From the NCBI GenBank assembly GCA_963836235.1, contig CAWIIP010000004.1:256001-320000 (forward strand): a DNA stretch of 64,000 bases. Direction: 5' to 3'. The position numbers were made by a program, and so were the translations under genes. Under the pieces are notes generated by a model. That model made no database searches, was not told the origin of the DNA, and saw only the letters and a program-made list of their open reading frames with translations. Shown one piece after another: positions 10,755-21,493 of the stretch. Each line of letters starts with the position of its first letter. Positions within the stretch are counted from its first letter, which is position 1. Source of the DNA: an uncultured Pseudomonadota bacterium (GTDB lineage: Bacteria; Oederibacteriota; Muellerivitia; Muellerivitales; Muellerivitaceae).

Positions 10755-12225
10755 CCTTGCCACGTCACCCTTATCCCGCCGTTCGGAGTGGATCGAAAGG
10801 TACCGTTTCGCGCCCAGGGCCAGGGAGGTCGGAAAGGTGGTTTCGGTGGGGGACGGCATCGTTTGGATCGAAGGGCTTCCCTCGGCGGCCATTGACGAGG
10901 TGCTGGACTTGGAAACCGGCGGTCATGGTCTGGTATTCCACCTGACTGAAAAACTGGTGGGGGCTATCCTGTTCAAACAAACCGAGAATCTTACGGCTGG
11001 GACGGGGGCCCGGCACGCGGCCCAGCGGCTGAAAATCCCGGTCGGGGACGCCCTTTTGGGGCGGGTGATCGATCCTTTGGGGATGCCCTTGGACGGGAAG
11101 GCTCCTCCCCTCTGTGAAGACGAAAATGAGATCGACGTCGCGTCGCCCCCCATCACCGCGAGGGATTTCGTGAACCGGCCTCTCCTGACGGGAAACAAGA
11201 TCATCGACGCCCTCATTCCCATCGGGAAGGGCCAACGCCAGCTTTTGATCGGCGACAACGGCTTGGGAAAAAGCTCCCTCGCCATTGATGCCGTGGCCAA
11301 CCAGAAGGGCAAGAACGTCTTGTGCGTTTACGTGCTGACCGGCCAAAAGCGCTCCAGCATCTTGAATACGATCCAAATGCTCAAGGACGCGGGAGCCTTG
11401 GACAACACGGTGCTGGTCGTCGGCGAAGCCACCGCCCTCCCGGGACTGCAATATATCGCGCCCTTCGCCGGATGCGCGGTGGCCGAATATTGGATGAGGC
11501 GGGGACGCGATACCTTGATCGTTTACGACGACTTGACGGCCCATGCCGACAGCTACCGGGAACTCTCCCTCCTTTTGCGAAGGCCGCCGGGGCGGGAGGC
11601 CTATCCCGCCGATATTTTTTTCCTGCATTCGAGGCTCTTGGAGCGGTCCACCTGCCTGTCCCCGGAATTAGGCGGGGGGAGCATGACCGCCCTGCCCATC
11701 ATCGAAACCAAGGAAGGGGAAATGGCTTCTTATATTCCCACCAACCTGGTTTCCATCACGGACGGCCAGATTTATTTTGACGCTGCCCTTTTTTCAGCCG
11801 GATTTTTGCCGGCCATTGACGTCACCAAGTCCGTTTCCCGGGTGGGCGGGGCGGCCCAGCCGAATGAAATCAAACTGGAAGCCGGGCGCATGAAGCTGGA
11901 TTACCTTCAATTCCTGGAACTGGAGGTTTTCACCCGTTTTGGCGCCAAGCTGGAGGCGGGTATGCAGAAAAAAATTAACCGGGGCCGCGTGCTGAGGGAA
12001 ATCCTCAAGCAAAGCCGCCTTACCCCGGTTTCGGTGGAATGCCAGATGGGCTGGCTTGTGGCATTCAACAACGGATTGTTGGATGGTGTCAGCCCGGAGG
12101 AAATCGGGGTTCAACTGGACCGTTTATTCCAATGGGTCGGCTCCCGGGAGTTGAAGCTTTCCGACTCCCGCGAAAGGTGGAGCGAGGTCCTGGCGGGTTG
12201 GAGAGGGGAAAAGGCGCCGCCATGA
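10747..12225 (+). CDS. atpA: F1 alpha subunit
   Basis: [20 protein letters not shown]. Confidence 0.97.
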   Translation: MNDLATSPLSRRSEWIERYRFAPRAREVGKVVSVGDGIVWIEGLPSAAIDEVLDLETGGHGLVFHLTEKLVGAILFKQTENLTAGTGARHAAQRLKIPVGDALLGRVIDPLGMPLDGKAPPLCEDENEIDVASPPITARDFVNRPLLTGNKIIDALIPIGKGQRQLLIGDNGLGKSSLAIDAVANQKGKNVLCVYVLTGQKRSSILNTIQMLKDAGALDNTVLVVGEATALPGLQYIAPFAGCAVAEYWMRRGRDTLIVYDDLTAHADSYRELSLLLRRPPGREAYPADIFFLHSRLLERSTCLSPELGGGSMTALPIIETKEGEMASYIPTNLVSITDGQIYFDAALFSAGFLPAIDVTKSVSRVGGAAQPNEIKLEAGRMKLDYLQFLELEVFTRFGAKLEAGMQKKINRGRVLREILKQSRLTPVSVECQMGWLVAFNNGLLDGVSPEEIGVQLDRLFQWVGSRELKLSDSRERWSEVLAGWRGEKAPP

Positions 12226-13043
12226 GCAAACTTTCCGATCTCAAGGCCCAGCTCCATACCTTGGGGGAAATCAATAGCATCTTGAACGCGATGAAAAACC
12301 TTTCCATCGTGGAAATGACCAAAATTTCACGCCTCTTGGCTACCCAAAGGAAGGTGGCGGAAAGCATCCAGGAAGCCTTGGCGGATTTTGAGTCTTTTTA
12401 CGGAACATTAGGGTCAAACCCGCCTGGGGAAGGGTTGCTTTGCGTCCTGATCGGGTCCGAGCGGGGTTTTTGCGGCGGGTTCAATGAGAAGATCGCGGCC
12501 CATTTGGAAAAGGTGGGAGCCGGTTATCTGGCCGTGCGGATTTTGACGGTGGGCCGGAAACTCGCGCTGAAGTTTGAGGGGGACCCCCGGCTGGCGGGGA
12601 CGATGGAGGGGCCCAGCGCCGCTGAGGAAATTCCCGCGACCATCTCCACCCTTTGCGACCGGTTGAAGGACTTCCCCGGCTTCCGTTGGATGATCATTCA
12701 TAATGACGGGGGTGAGGCCAATCTGAAGACCCTGGAAACCTGTCCTTTGGAAGTCAGGGGCCAGGAACCCAAGGCCCTCTTTCCTTTTCCGCCGCTTTTG
12801 AACCTGCCTTCAAATGAACTGTACCCTTTATTGCTGGAACAGCACCTTTTCGCGGTGCTCTACAGCCTCTTTTACCTTTCTTTCATGGTCGAAAACCGGG
12901 AAAGGCTTCGCCACATGGAAGGCGCGCTGGGGAAAATCGAGAAGGATTGGAATCGGATGAAATTGCGGGCGAACGCCCTCAGGCAGGAAGGCATCACCGA
13001 GGAGTTGGAGATTATCCTCTTGAGCGCGGGAGACGGGCGGTGA
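12222..13043 (+). CDS. atpG: F1 gamma subunit
   Basis: [22 protein letters not shown]. Confidence 0.93.
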   Translation: MSKLSDLKAQLHTLGEINSILNAMKNLSIVEMTKISRLLATQRKVAESIQEALADFESFYGTLGSNPPGEGLLCVLIGSERGFCGGFNEKIAAHLEKVGAGYLAVRILTVGRKLALKFEGDPRLAGTMEGPSAAEEIPATISTLCDRLKDFPGFRWMIIHNDGGEANLKTLETCPLEVRGQEPKALFPFPPLLNLPSNELYPLLLEQHLFAVLYSLFYLSFMVENRERLRHMEGALGKIEKDWNRMKLRANALRQEGITEELEIILLSAGDGR

Positions 13044-13088
13044 GTTTGTTTTCAAGGCGGTATTTTTAAGAACTCTTTTCATAAATCT

Positions 13089-13102
13089 ATGATGAGAGTC
13101 AT
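13089..13102 (+). promoter_or_regulatory. Crp/Fnr-type box (macB promoter)
   Basis: ATGATGAGAGTCAT; -10 TAGACT at 13125-13130. Confidence 0.8.
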
Positions 13103-13146
13103 AAGGTTCTTTGTTCTGTCCTCTTAGACTTAATTTTAGGAGGGCG

Positions 13147-15120
13147 ATGATGAGCCTGATCGAAGCCAAGGACCTTTTCAAAATCTATCACCTGGGCACG
13201 AATGAGGTGCGGGCGCTGGATGGGGTTTCCCTGACGGTGGAAGAGGGTGAATTCCTCGCCATCATGGGTCCTTCCGGGTCCGGCAAGTCCACCATGCTCC
13301 AAATATTGGGCCTCCTGGACACGCCTGATTCGGGTTCCTATAAGCTGTTGGGAAAGGAAGTTTCCACCCTTACTGAGGATGAACTGGCGGTCATCCGAAG
13401 CCAGACCCTTGGCTTCGTGTTCCAGACTTTCAACCTCTTATCCCGCACCAACGCCCTTGAAAACGCCGCCTTGCCCCTGCTTTATGCCGATCCCCATGAT
13501 CCCCACGACGATCCTAAAATGCTTTTGGAAGAAGTGGGCTTGTCTAAAAGGGAAGACCACCGGCCCAACGAGCTTTCGGGAGGACAACAACAGAGGGTGG
13601 CCCTGGCGAGGGCCCTGGTCAACCGGCCCAAACTGATCATGGCGGACGAGCCGACGGGCAACCTGGATACCAAAAGCTCCCTTGAAATTATCGGGCTCCT
13701 GGAAAAACTGAACTCGGAAGGCATCACCGTCATCATGGTCACCCATGAGGAGGATATCGCCCGGCACGCCCACCGTATTATTCATATGCGGGATGGGAAA
13801 ATCGTCGAGGACCTCAAAGGTTCCGGTTCCACCCTCAAAACCGCGGAAGGGCGGACGCCGAAAGTTTCGGTTGAAACAAAGGCCTTTACCGCCTTCAACC
13901 CTAAAAGGGTGGAGGAGTATTTTCACCAGGCTTTCCGGGCTCTGATGGCCAACAAGGTCCGGGCGGCCCTTTCGTTCCTGGGCATCCTCATTGGGGTGGG
14001 GGCGGTTATCACCATGCTGGCCATCGGGACGGGTGCCCAAAAATCCATGCAGGAGCAAATGGCCTCCCTAGGAACTAATTTAATCGTCCTGGTTCCGGGG
14101 TCCATCCAGGTGGGGGGAATCCAGCAGGGGACCGGCTCCTGGAGCCGCATCCTGCCGCAATACGCCCTGGCCATGGCCGAGGTTCCCATGGTCAAGGCGG
14201 TAGCCCCCGAAGTCACGGGGCGGGTCCAAACGACTTACGCGGACCAGAACTGGAACACCCTCTTGAGCGGCACCGCGCCCAGTTACGCCGAGATGAGGGA
14301 TGCCGAACCGATCTACGGGCGTTTTATCAATAACGACGACGTGGCCCGGCGCAAGAGGGTATGCCTGCTGGGCATGACGGTCATTAAACAACTTTTCGGC
14401 AAGGCCAATCCCATTGGAGAAGAGATAAAAATAAACCGGGTGAGTTTCCAGGTGATCGGGATATTACCGGTCAAAGGCTCCAACGGCTTCCAGGACCGGG
14501 ACGACCTGATCCTGGTGCCCTATACCACCGCTATGCACCGCCTTTTCGGAAAGCTTTACGTCAACCAGGTGGATATCGAGGTGGACAAACTGGAAGATAC
14601 GGACGCCTGCGGGGACGCCGCTAAGGCGTATATGATGAAACTCACGAACATCCCCAACCTGCCGGGCAACGAGAACGCCTACATGGTCCGCAATATGGCG
14701 GACATCCAAGCCATGTTCACCAACATGACCAAGATTATGACCCTGCTTTTATCCTGTGTGGCGGCCATCTCGCTGTTAGTCGGGGGCATCGGCATCATGA
14801 ACATCATGCTGGTTTCGGTCACCGAGCGCACGAAGGAAATCGGCCTTCGCAAGGCCATCGGCGCACGCCGCCTGGACATTCTCTCCCAGTTCCTGATCGA
14901 GGCCATGACCATCAGCCTCATGGGAGGAGTGGCGGGAATCCTGGTGGGATGGGGTTCTTCCATCGCCATTTCCCTCTTCGCGGGATGGCAAACCATTATT
15001 ACGCCCTTCTCCGTCATCATCTCCACCCTTTTTTCGGCGGTGGTGGGAATCGCGTTCGGCCTTTGGCCCGCCTATAAGGCATCACGCCTGAGCCCCATCC
15101 TGGCTCTTCGTTACGAGTAG
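13147..15120 (+). CDS. macB: MacB-family ABC transporter (fused ATPase-permease)
   Basis: GPSGSGKS, LSGGQQQRV, GGIGIMNIMLVSVTERTKEIGLRKAIGA. Confidence 0.92.
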   Translation: MMSLIEAKDLFKIYHLGTNEVRALDGVSLTVEEGEFLAIMGPSGSGKSTMLQILGLLDTPDSGSYKLLGKEVSTLTEDELAVIRSQTLGFVFQTFNLLSRTNALENAALPLLYADPHDPHDDPKMLLEEVGLSKREDHRPNELSGGQQQRVALARALVNRPKLIMADEPTGNLDTKSSLEIIGLLEKLNSEGITVIMVTHEEDIARHAHRIIHMRDGKIVEDLKGSGSTLKTAEGRTPKVSVETKAFTAFNPKRVEEYFHQAFRALMANKVRAALSFLGILIGVGAVITMLAIGTGAQKSMQEQMASLGTNLIVLVPGSIQVGGIQQGTGSWSRILPQYALAMAEVPMVKAVAPEVTGRVQTTYADQNWNTLLSGTAPSYAEMRDAEPIYGRFINNDDVARRKRVCLLGMTVIKQLFGKANPIGEEIKINRVSFQVIGILPVKGSNGFQDRDDLILVPYTTAMHRLFGKLYVNQVDIEVDKLEDTDACGDAAKAYMMKLTNIPNLPGNENAYMVRNMADIQAMFTNMTKIMTLLLSCVAAISLLVGGIGIMNIMLVSVTERTKEIGLRKAIGARRLDILSQFLIEAMTISLMGGVAGILVGWGSSIAISLFAGWQTIITPFSVIISTLFSAVVGIAFGLWPAYKASRLSPILALRYE

Positions 15121-15180
15121 GCTCGAGGCAAGAGCCGACTGGTGATTTAATCGCGGATTTTAAAAACCAATTTTTTGAAT

Positions 15181-15194
15181 GTGATTCCCATCAT
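15181..15194. promoter_or_regulatory. Crp/Fnr-type box upstream of the candidate ncRNA
   Basis: GTGATTCCCATCAT (1 mismatch); TATCAA at the expected -10 position (imperfect). Confidence 0.55.
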
Positions 15195-15228
15195 AGTTCT
15201 ATTTCCGGTACTGTTGTATCAATAGAAC

Positions 15229-15640
15229 TGTAGAAGGTGTTCCAAGGTGAGGCACCCCTTGGGTGCGGCGGGGACTGAGGTCCCAAACCGAAAAGGAGCA
15301 CCGCCGTCGAAAGCTGGTGGAACTGGTAAGGGTTCCGGTTTTAAGCGCCTTATAGGCCGCTGCGGGGACTGAGGTCCCAAACCGTGAAGGAACCCGGCCT
15401 GGCGAAGCCGGTGAGATCCGCGGGATTTGGATGTCAACGGTTATGGCTTCTTGGTTGAGGTCCTGAAGCTGGGACTTTACGAAGTATTTTTTGGAGGTAT
15501 GTCGGAACAATCGTCGGAAAGGTTCACGGGTTGCGTTTCAATGACGCGGGGCAAAGGCCCAAAACTAACAAAGAACCTTGCTGAAGATGTCGCTGATGGT
15601 GGTTGAAGCCCCGGGGTACAGGGTCCCGGGGCTTTTTTAT
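15229..15640 (+). ncRNA. Candidate structured non-coding RNA of unknown family
   Basis: No convincing ORF; 23-nt repeat containing hairpin GGGAC-TGAG-GTCCC at 15268-15290 and 15362-15384, each in a closing helix; ends in an intrinsic terminator; 5' end inferred. Confidence 0.45.
15606..15640 (+). terminator. Intrinsic terminator
   Basis: AAGCCCCGGG-loop-CCCGGGGCTT followed by a T run. Confidence 0.85.
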
Positions 15641-15684
15641 TTATGGGCAACGACTCCAGGGTTCTTGCCTATAAAACCTCGAAT

Positions 15685-15698
15685 GTGACCCCGGTCAT
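15685..15698 (+). promoter_or_regulatory. Crp/Fnr-type box (PRTase promoter)
   Basis: GTGACCCCGGTCAT; -10 GAAAAT at 15721-15726. Confidence 0.7.
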
Positions 15699-15785
15699 GT
15701 CCCATGTGGAAGATGAGAGAGAAAATTACATAGAGAAGTGAGAAAGAATTTATATTTCACGGGCTTTTTGGATTGAGAGGGAGCC

Positions 15786-16502
15786 ATGAAAATCGGAAGA
15801 AAAAACTGGGGCGCAAAGCCTATATTCAAGAACCGGGAAGAAGCGGCCTATCTCCTGGCTCGGAAACTATCGCCCTACCGGAAATGGAATCCCCTGGTCT
15901 TGGCGGTGCCCCGGGGCGGCGTCCCCATGGGAAAGATCATCGCCGACGAACTTCATGGGGAATTGGACGTGGTTTTGGTCCATAAACTTCGCGCCCCAGG
16001 TGACCCGGAATACGCCATTGGAGCCGTATCCGAGGGAGGAACCCTTTACCGTCCGCCCTTTCCCCAGCATCATTGGATCCCCAAGGATTACCTGGAACGG
16101 GAAATCCAAAATGAGCTTCACGCCTTGGAACAGAGACGAAAACTTTATACACCGCATCATATGGCCCATAGTCCCGCCAACCGGATCGTCATTCTGGTGG
16201 ATGACGGCATCGCCACGGGTTCCACCTTATTGGCGGCTATGGGGGAATTGGATACTCATAAGCCGGCCAAAGTGGTGGTAGCGGCCGCGGTGGCCCCTCC
16301 AGAGGCCGTTGAGAAATTAAAGACGGAAGCGGATGAAGTGTTGATTTTGACCGTGCGTCCTGATTTTCAAACGATCGGTGAGTTTTTCAACGACTTTTCC
16401 GAGGTTCCTGACACCGAGGTCATCCGGATATTGGCGGAGGAGTCGCGTCCAAAACCGGTTTTTTCGGTGGACGCCATTCCTTTGCGAGGGAGAATTCGAT
16501 GA
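15786..16502 (+). CDS. Phosphoribosyltransferase-family protein (copy 1)
   Basis: FKNREEAA, LAVPRGGVP, ILVDDGIATGST. Confidence 0.9.
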   Translation: MKIGRKNWGAKPIFKNREEAAYLLARKLSPYRKWNPLVLAVPRGGVPMGKIIADELHGELDVVLVHKLRAPGDPEYAIGAVSEGGTLYRPPFPQHHWIPKDYLEREIQNELHALEQRRKLYTPHHMAHSPANRIVILVDDGIATGSTLLAAMGELDTHKPAKVVVAAAVAPPEAVEKLKTEADEVLILTVRPDFQTIGEFFNDFSEVPDTEVIRILAEESRPKPVFSVDAIPLRGRIR

Positions 16503-17170
16503 GCGAGCATTACGCCTGGGAAAAACCTTTCTTCAAAAACCGGGAGGAAGCGGCCGAGCTTCTATCCGGAAGGCTGGTGGATTACAAAGGGCAAAATCCC
16601 TTAGTATTGGCCATTCCCCGGGGAGCGGTACCGATGGGTCGGATTATTGCCGATAGCTTGGGCGGGGAATTGGACTTGGTCCTCGTTCACAAGGTGGGGT
16701 CGCCCGAAAATCCGGAATCGGCCTTGGGGGCGGTGGGGGAAAACGGGGAATTTTACGAGGCGCCCTTTGCCCGGTCCTTGGGCTTTTCGGAAGAATCGCT
16801 TCAAAAAGAAATTCGGATTCAAACCGAAGCCTTAAAACAAAAACGAAAGTTTTATCTTCCCGGCAAGCCCATTTACAAAGCGGAAGGGAGGGTGGTCATC
16901 CTGATGGATGATGGAATCGCCACGGCTTCCACCGTCATGGCCGCCATCCGGGATATTCGCCACAAAGGGCCCTTAAAGGTGGTGGTGGCCTCGCCCGTAG
17001 CGCCCCCGGAAGCCGTGAATATCATCCGCCAGGAGGCCGATGAGTTGGTGATATTGACCGTCCAAACCGATTTCGCGATGGTCAGTGAATTTTTCGAGGA
17101 CTTCCGGCAGGTAAGCGACGAGGAAGTGTTAAAAAACCTAAAAAGCGTGGCGTCCTCTATCGGAAAATAA
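16499..17170 (+). CDS. Phosphoribosyltransferase-family protein (copy 2)
   Basis: FKNREEAA, LAIPRGAVP, ILMDDGIATAST. Confidence 0.9.
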   Translation: MSEHYAWEKPFFKNREEAAELLSGRLVDYKGQNPLVLAIPRGAVPMGRIIADSLGGELDLVLVHKVGSPENPESALGAVGENGEFYEAPFARSLGFSEESLQKEIRIQTEALKQKRKFYLPGKPIYKAEGRVVILMDDGIATASTVMAAIRDIRHKGPLKVVVASPVAPPEAVNIIRQEADELVILTVQTDFAMVSEFFEDFRQVSDEEVLKNLKSVASSIGK

Positions 17171-17207
17171 AAATTTATCAACAAAACCCACTTGTTGAAA
17201 AGACCCG

Positions 17208-18332
17208 TCAATTATTCACCGATTCCCTGGCCGCGAGGATTTCAGCGGGAACATAAGAACAAAAGGGGTCGGCGCCCATCACATCCCCGGTCAAGGCGTA
17301 GGCCCTGGCTCTGGAGCCGCCGCAAAGGCGGCGGTATTCACATCTTCCGCATTTGCCATTGAGGGAGTCCGTGTCCCGCAGTTTTTGAAAGAGGGGGCTT
17401 TCCCGGTAAATCTCGTTCAGGGGCTGGTCCTTCACGTTGCCGGCGGAAAGGGGCAGGAAACCGCTGGGGCAAACATCCCCCTTGTGGGAAATAAAAACGA
17501 ACCCCCGGCCATCACCCACCCCACGGGCGGTCCTCAAGAGAACCGGATCGGGTTGAAACTTCAGGGCTTCGGGAAGCTCCCGGGGCGTTATTCCATAATT
17601 CTGGAGGATCACCCTGCGAAAATGGTGGGCCTCGGTGGTTTTGATGTCGAACCAATTCATCTTCAAGATGTCATAAAGTTGGTTCAACACCTTTTCGGTT
17701 TCCTTGGCGTTCAAGGCTTGGCTTTTTTGCGCGCGGCCCGTTGGGACCAAGAAAAAAACAGACCATAGGGCGATGGAGAAGGGAACGATGGCCCTCGAGA
17801 TATCCCAAACCTGGCCCTGGTTGTGACGGCTAATGGTGGTGTTGATTTGAAGCTGGATGCCCAGTTCCCGGATTTGGCGGGAGGCTTCCAAAAACCGGTC
17901 AAAAGTCCCGGGGACGCCCCGGAAAGCGTCAAAGGTGGCGGCGTCGGCTCCATCCAGGGAAAGGGAAATGCGGCTCAAGCCCGCGTCCCGTAATTCCTTG
18001 AGACGGTCATAAGTTAAAAGCGGAGTGATGGAGGGGGCCAAGGCGAAGTTCATCCCGCGTTTAGCGCATTCCTTGACCAGCCGGGTCAAGTCCGGCCGTT
18101 TTAAGGGGTCCCCGCCGGTCATGACGAAAAGGGGGACACCCCAGTCGGCCAACTGGCGGATCAAATCGAGGGCCTGCTTGGTATCGAGTTCACCGGGATA
18201 GATTTGGGATTGGGCTTCGGCCCGACAATGCACGCAGGCCAAATCGCAGGCCCTCGTCGCTTCCCAAATGGCGATATAGGGGCGGTCGGCGTAACGGGCG
18301 GAAGGTTTTTGTAAGGTGGAGGATTTTTCCAT
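17208..18332 (-). CDS. Radical SAM/SPASM protein, AhbD/NirJ-like (heme biosynthesis-associated, TIGR04053-like)
   Basis: WEATRACDLACVHCRA; SPASM GKCGRCEYRRLCGGSRARAYA...DPFC. Confidence 0.85.
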   Translation of the reverse strand: MEKSSTLQKPSARYADRPYIAIWEATRACDLACVHCRAEAQSQIYPGELDTKQALDLIRQLADWGVPLFVMTGGDPLKRPDLTRLVKECAKRGMNFALAPSITPLLTYDRLKELRDAGLSRISLSLDGADAATFDAFRGVPGTFDRFLEASRQIRELGIQLQINTTISRHNQGQVWDISRAIVPFSIALWSVFFLVPTGRAQKSQALNAKETEKVLNQLYDILKMNWFDIKTTEAHHFRRVILQNYGITPRELPEALKFQPDPVLLRTARGVGDGRGFVFISHKGDVCPSGFLPLSAGNVKDQPLNEIYRESPLFQKLRDTDSLNGKCGRCEYRRLCGGSRARAYALTGDVMGADPFCSYVPAEILAARESVNN

Positions 18333-18403
18333 TTTGAGCTCCTATGTGTTGAAGGGTTATCAACAGGTTTCAATTAATTTAAGGGACTAAAGGAGCCGCC
18401 AGT

Positions 18404-18417
18404 ATGATGCCCGTCAT
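18404..18417 (-). promoter_or_regulatory. Crp/Fnr-type box (radical SAM promoter)
   Basis: ATGATGCCCGTCAT; minus-strand -10 TAAATT at 18381-18376. Confidence 0.8.
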
Positions 18418-18478
18418 AATCCGAGTTCCGAAGCGGTGTTGAGATGATCATGGAATGTAAATAAAAAGGCGGGAAAAC

Positions 18479-19414
18479 ATGCGAAAAAGTAAGGGCGATT
18501 CGTGGGTTCCGTCCGATGTTTTACGGGAAGTTCGGGGCGTCCTCCTCCTTGTCTTGGGCCTTAACCTGACGATTTGCGTCGGCAAGTTGATAGTAGGTTG
18601 GTCCGTGGCCTCCCTTTCTATGGTGGCCGATGGTTTTCATTCCCTGATGGATGCCATGGCCAATGGGTTGGGTTTGGCCAGCGTATGGATCGCCGCAAAA
18701 CCCGCCGACAAAGACCACCCTTATGGTCATCAAAAGTTTGAGGTTTTGGCGGCCCTGGGAACGGCGGTTTTGATGGGGGTGGCCTGCGTTGAGATTTTGG
18801 CGGACGCCTTGAGGCATCTTGGAACAGCTGCGGCCTTGCCCCACCCTAGTCCGCTTTCTTTTTTCGTTATGGGAGGAACGATGGTCATCAATGGCTGGAT
18901 CTCCTGGTACGAGTCCCGGAAGGGCCAGAAACTCCAAAGCCCCCTTCTGGCGGCAGATAGCGCCCACAACGGAAGCGACTTGCTTTCATCGGCTTCGGTC
19001 TTGGCCGCTTTGGCGGGAGCAAAACTGGGTTGGGGTTGGGCCGATTTGGGAGCGGCTGTCCTAGTGGTGGCAGTGGTAGGGAGGGCTGCTTGGGGAATAT
19101 TAAACCAGGCCCAGCAGGTTTTGGCCGACCACATCATGGTGGACCCCGCTCGGGTTATTCGGGCCGTCAAGGCCGTACGGGGAATCCTTTCCTGCAACAA
19201 GGTGAGGAGCCGTGGAATGCCGGGAAATGTTTTCGTGGATCTGCATGTCCAGGTATCGCCCCGATTAACCACCTTGAAGGCCCACGGCCTCACCCATCAG
19301 GCGATGGAAGCGGTCAAAAGGGCCGTTCCGGGAGTTAAAGAGGTTTTCGTCCATACCGAACCTCCCGAACTGCCTTCGAAATTAAGGAAATCCGCGGGGA
19401 TACCTCATCTATGA
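18479..19414 (+). CDS. Cation diffusion facilitator (FieF-like) transporter
   Basis: ADGFHSLMD, PADKDHPYGH.KFE, FVDLHV, VFVHTEP. Confidence 0.92.
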   Translation: MRKSKGDSWVPSDVLREVRGVLLLVLGLNLTICVGKLIVGWSVASLSMVADGFHSLMDAMANGLGLASVWIAAKPADKDHPYGHQKFEVLAALGTAVLMGVACVEILADALRHLGTAAALPHPSPLSFFVMGGTMVINGWISWYESRKGQKLQSPLLAADSAHNGSDLLSSASVLAALAGAKLGWGWADLGAAVLVVAVVGRAAWGILNQAQQVLADHIMVDPARVIRAVKAVRGILSCNKVRSRGMPGNVFVDLHVQVSPRLTTLKAHGLTHQAMEAVKRAVPGVKEVFVHTEPPELPSKLRKSAGIPHL

Positions 19415-19424
19415 TTCGCGTCAT
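19411..19424 (+). promoter_or_regulatory. Crp/Fnr-type box (nitronate monooxygenase promoter)
   Basis: ATGATTCGCGTCAT. Confidence 0.7.
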
Positions 19425-19534
19425 AAAGGGTTTAACGGGAATGACTGTTTAATGGGTCTTTGTTTAGGCATGGTATTTTTTGAAGGACGGCTTCCAAATG
19501 CGCATGTTCTTTTTTGAATTTCAAAGGAGTTTTA

Positions 19535-20985
19535 ATGACAGAACCAATGATCATCCAAGGCGGCATGGGAGTGGCAGTCTCCAATTGGAGACTGGCCCAG
19601 GCCGTGTCCCGAACGGGACAATTAGGCGTGGTCTCGGGGACGGCCCTCGAAAATGTCCTGGCCCGCCGGCTTCAATTGGGGGACCCGGATGATTCTCTTC
19701 GCCGTGCCCTGAGACATTTTCCAAACCCCGCCATCGCCCAAAGGATATTAGACCGTTACTTCATTCCCGGCGGAAAGGCCGAGGGGGTTGCTTTCAAGAA
19801 CTCGCCCATGTTTTCCCTGAACTCACCCCGGGAGTTGGTTGAGCTGACGGTCGCGGCCAATTTCGTCGAGGTATTCTTGGCGAAAGAAGGGCACCGGGGG
19901 CCGGTCGGTGTCAACTATCTGGAGAAAATCCAGCTTCCCACCCTGCCCTCGCTTTATGGCTCGCTTTTGGCGGGTGTGGATTATGTGCTGATGGGGGCGG
20001 GAATACCCCGATCCATTCCCGGCATTCTGGATCAGCTGGTTTTGCACCAGAAAGTATCCTTGAAGATCAATGTCCATGGCGCCGCCGCGGAGGACGATTA
20101 TCAGGCGACCTTCGATCCGAAAGACATCATTGAATCGCCCGGCGCGGTCTTGAAAAGACCCAAATTTATCGCCATCGTCTCCTCCGAAGTATTGGCCATC
20201 AACTTGGCCCGAAAATCATCCGGAAAGGTAGACGGGTTTGTCATTGAGGACCCCAGCGCTGGGGGACACAACGCTCCCCCAAGAGGGCCCCTCCATTTAA
20301 GCGACAAGGGCGAACCGCTTTACGGGCCCAAGGATAAGGTGGATTTGGAAGCCTTCCGAAAACTGGGCTTGCCTTTCTGGCTGGCCGGATCCTGCGCCGA
20401 TCCCAAAAAACTCAAGGACGCCATTTCCCAAGGCGCCACCGGTATCCAGGTAGGAACCGTATTCGCCTATTGCGAGGAATCGGGGCTTATGGACCGGATC
20501 AAACACAGAGTTTTGGCGAAAACCTTGAGGGGAAGGGAGGAAGTTTTCACCGATCCCCAGGCTTCTCCCACGGGCTTTCCCTTTAAGATTGTGCAGTTTG
20601 GAAGGAACCCTATCCGAGGAGAAAGAATATAAGGCCCGGCCAAGGGCCTGTGACCTGGGTTACCTTCGGACCGCCTTCAAGCGCAAAGACGGGACGGTGG
20701 GTTACCGCTGTCCGGGGGAACCGAAGGGAAGTTTACCTCCAAAAAGAGGGCAAGGAAGAGGATATGGATGGCCGCAAGTGCATCTGCAACGGCTTGATGG
20801 CCGGCGTCGGGCTAGGCCAAAAACAAAAGGGCGGATACCAGGAAAAGCCTTTAGTGACCTCGGGGGACGACCTTGCCCGCATCGTCACCTTCCTCAAGGG
20901 AGACAAACTTTCCTACAGCGCCCAGGATGTCATCCAATACCTATTGGGGGCTTTTACGGTGGGGTTAGGACCCGTCACCGCTTAA
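19535..20985 (+). pseudogene. Nitronate monooxygenase/2-nitropropane dioxygenase-family flavoprotein with two apparent +1 frameshifts (possibly sequencing errors)
   Basis: IIQGGMGVAVS, AGGHNAPPRG; protein continues across frames at ~20597 (KIVQ|LEGTLS) and ~20724 (CPGEP|REVY...CICNGL). Confidence 0.8.
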
Positions 20986-21015
20986 GTGTTTTCGGCTTCT
21001 CCCGCAGACCCCTAT

Positions 21016-21493
21016 CGGCCAGCCGGGAGGTACGATACTCGAAATACCTCAAATTCCCTTATTTGAATTGTTAGCGTCGCTAACAATTACCCCCCCTATT
21101 CTTCCAATTTCCACCCTGTCCTCCGGCTTAGGCCAAATTCCCTTATTTTAATTGTCCGAGTGTCGGACAATTAAAACCCTAGCTCCGGGGTTTAAGAGGG
21201 GAGGGAACCCCGCTACCCGGGTTACCTCACCTCAGAGCGGCCAGCCGGGAGGCTCAATCCCCGTAATACCGAAAATTCCCTTATTTTGAGAATTGCAAAT
21301 TGCAAGAACTGCCACCCCTATCCTTCCAATAAATGGCAACCAGACTTTAAAAAGTTCCCGCGGGGAACTTTTGGCTCCCGAAAGTTCCAATTTCTTATTC
21401 CGGTGGAACATAGCTACCCAGCCACCCTATCCTCACCCGTCTATCGGACACTATCGGACAACGTGGCCGATAGTGTCCGATACTGTCCGATAG
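21016..21493. repeat. Degenerate repeat/palindrome cluster
   Basis: AAATTCCCTTATTT at 21051, 21135, 21273; CGGCCAGCCGGGAGG at 21016, 21238; CTATCGGACA x2 and inverse copies at 21441-21493. Confidence 0.75.

Noticed and set aside
15268-15384. Hammerhead ribozyme or TPP/c-di-GMP riboswitch
   Set aside because: CTGAGGT does not fit CUGANGA and lies in a hairpin loop; other riboswitch consensus blocks were not found.
19466-19482. sigma54 promoter before the NMO gene
   Set aside because: TAGGCATGG lacks the -12 GC and has no enhancer at the 61-bp offset.
21016-21330. CRISPR array
   Set aside because: The repeat core is only 14 bp, spacing is irregular (84 and 138 bp) and there are no cas genes in the window.
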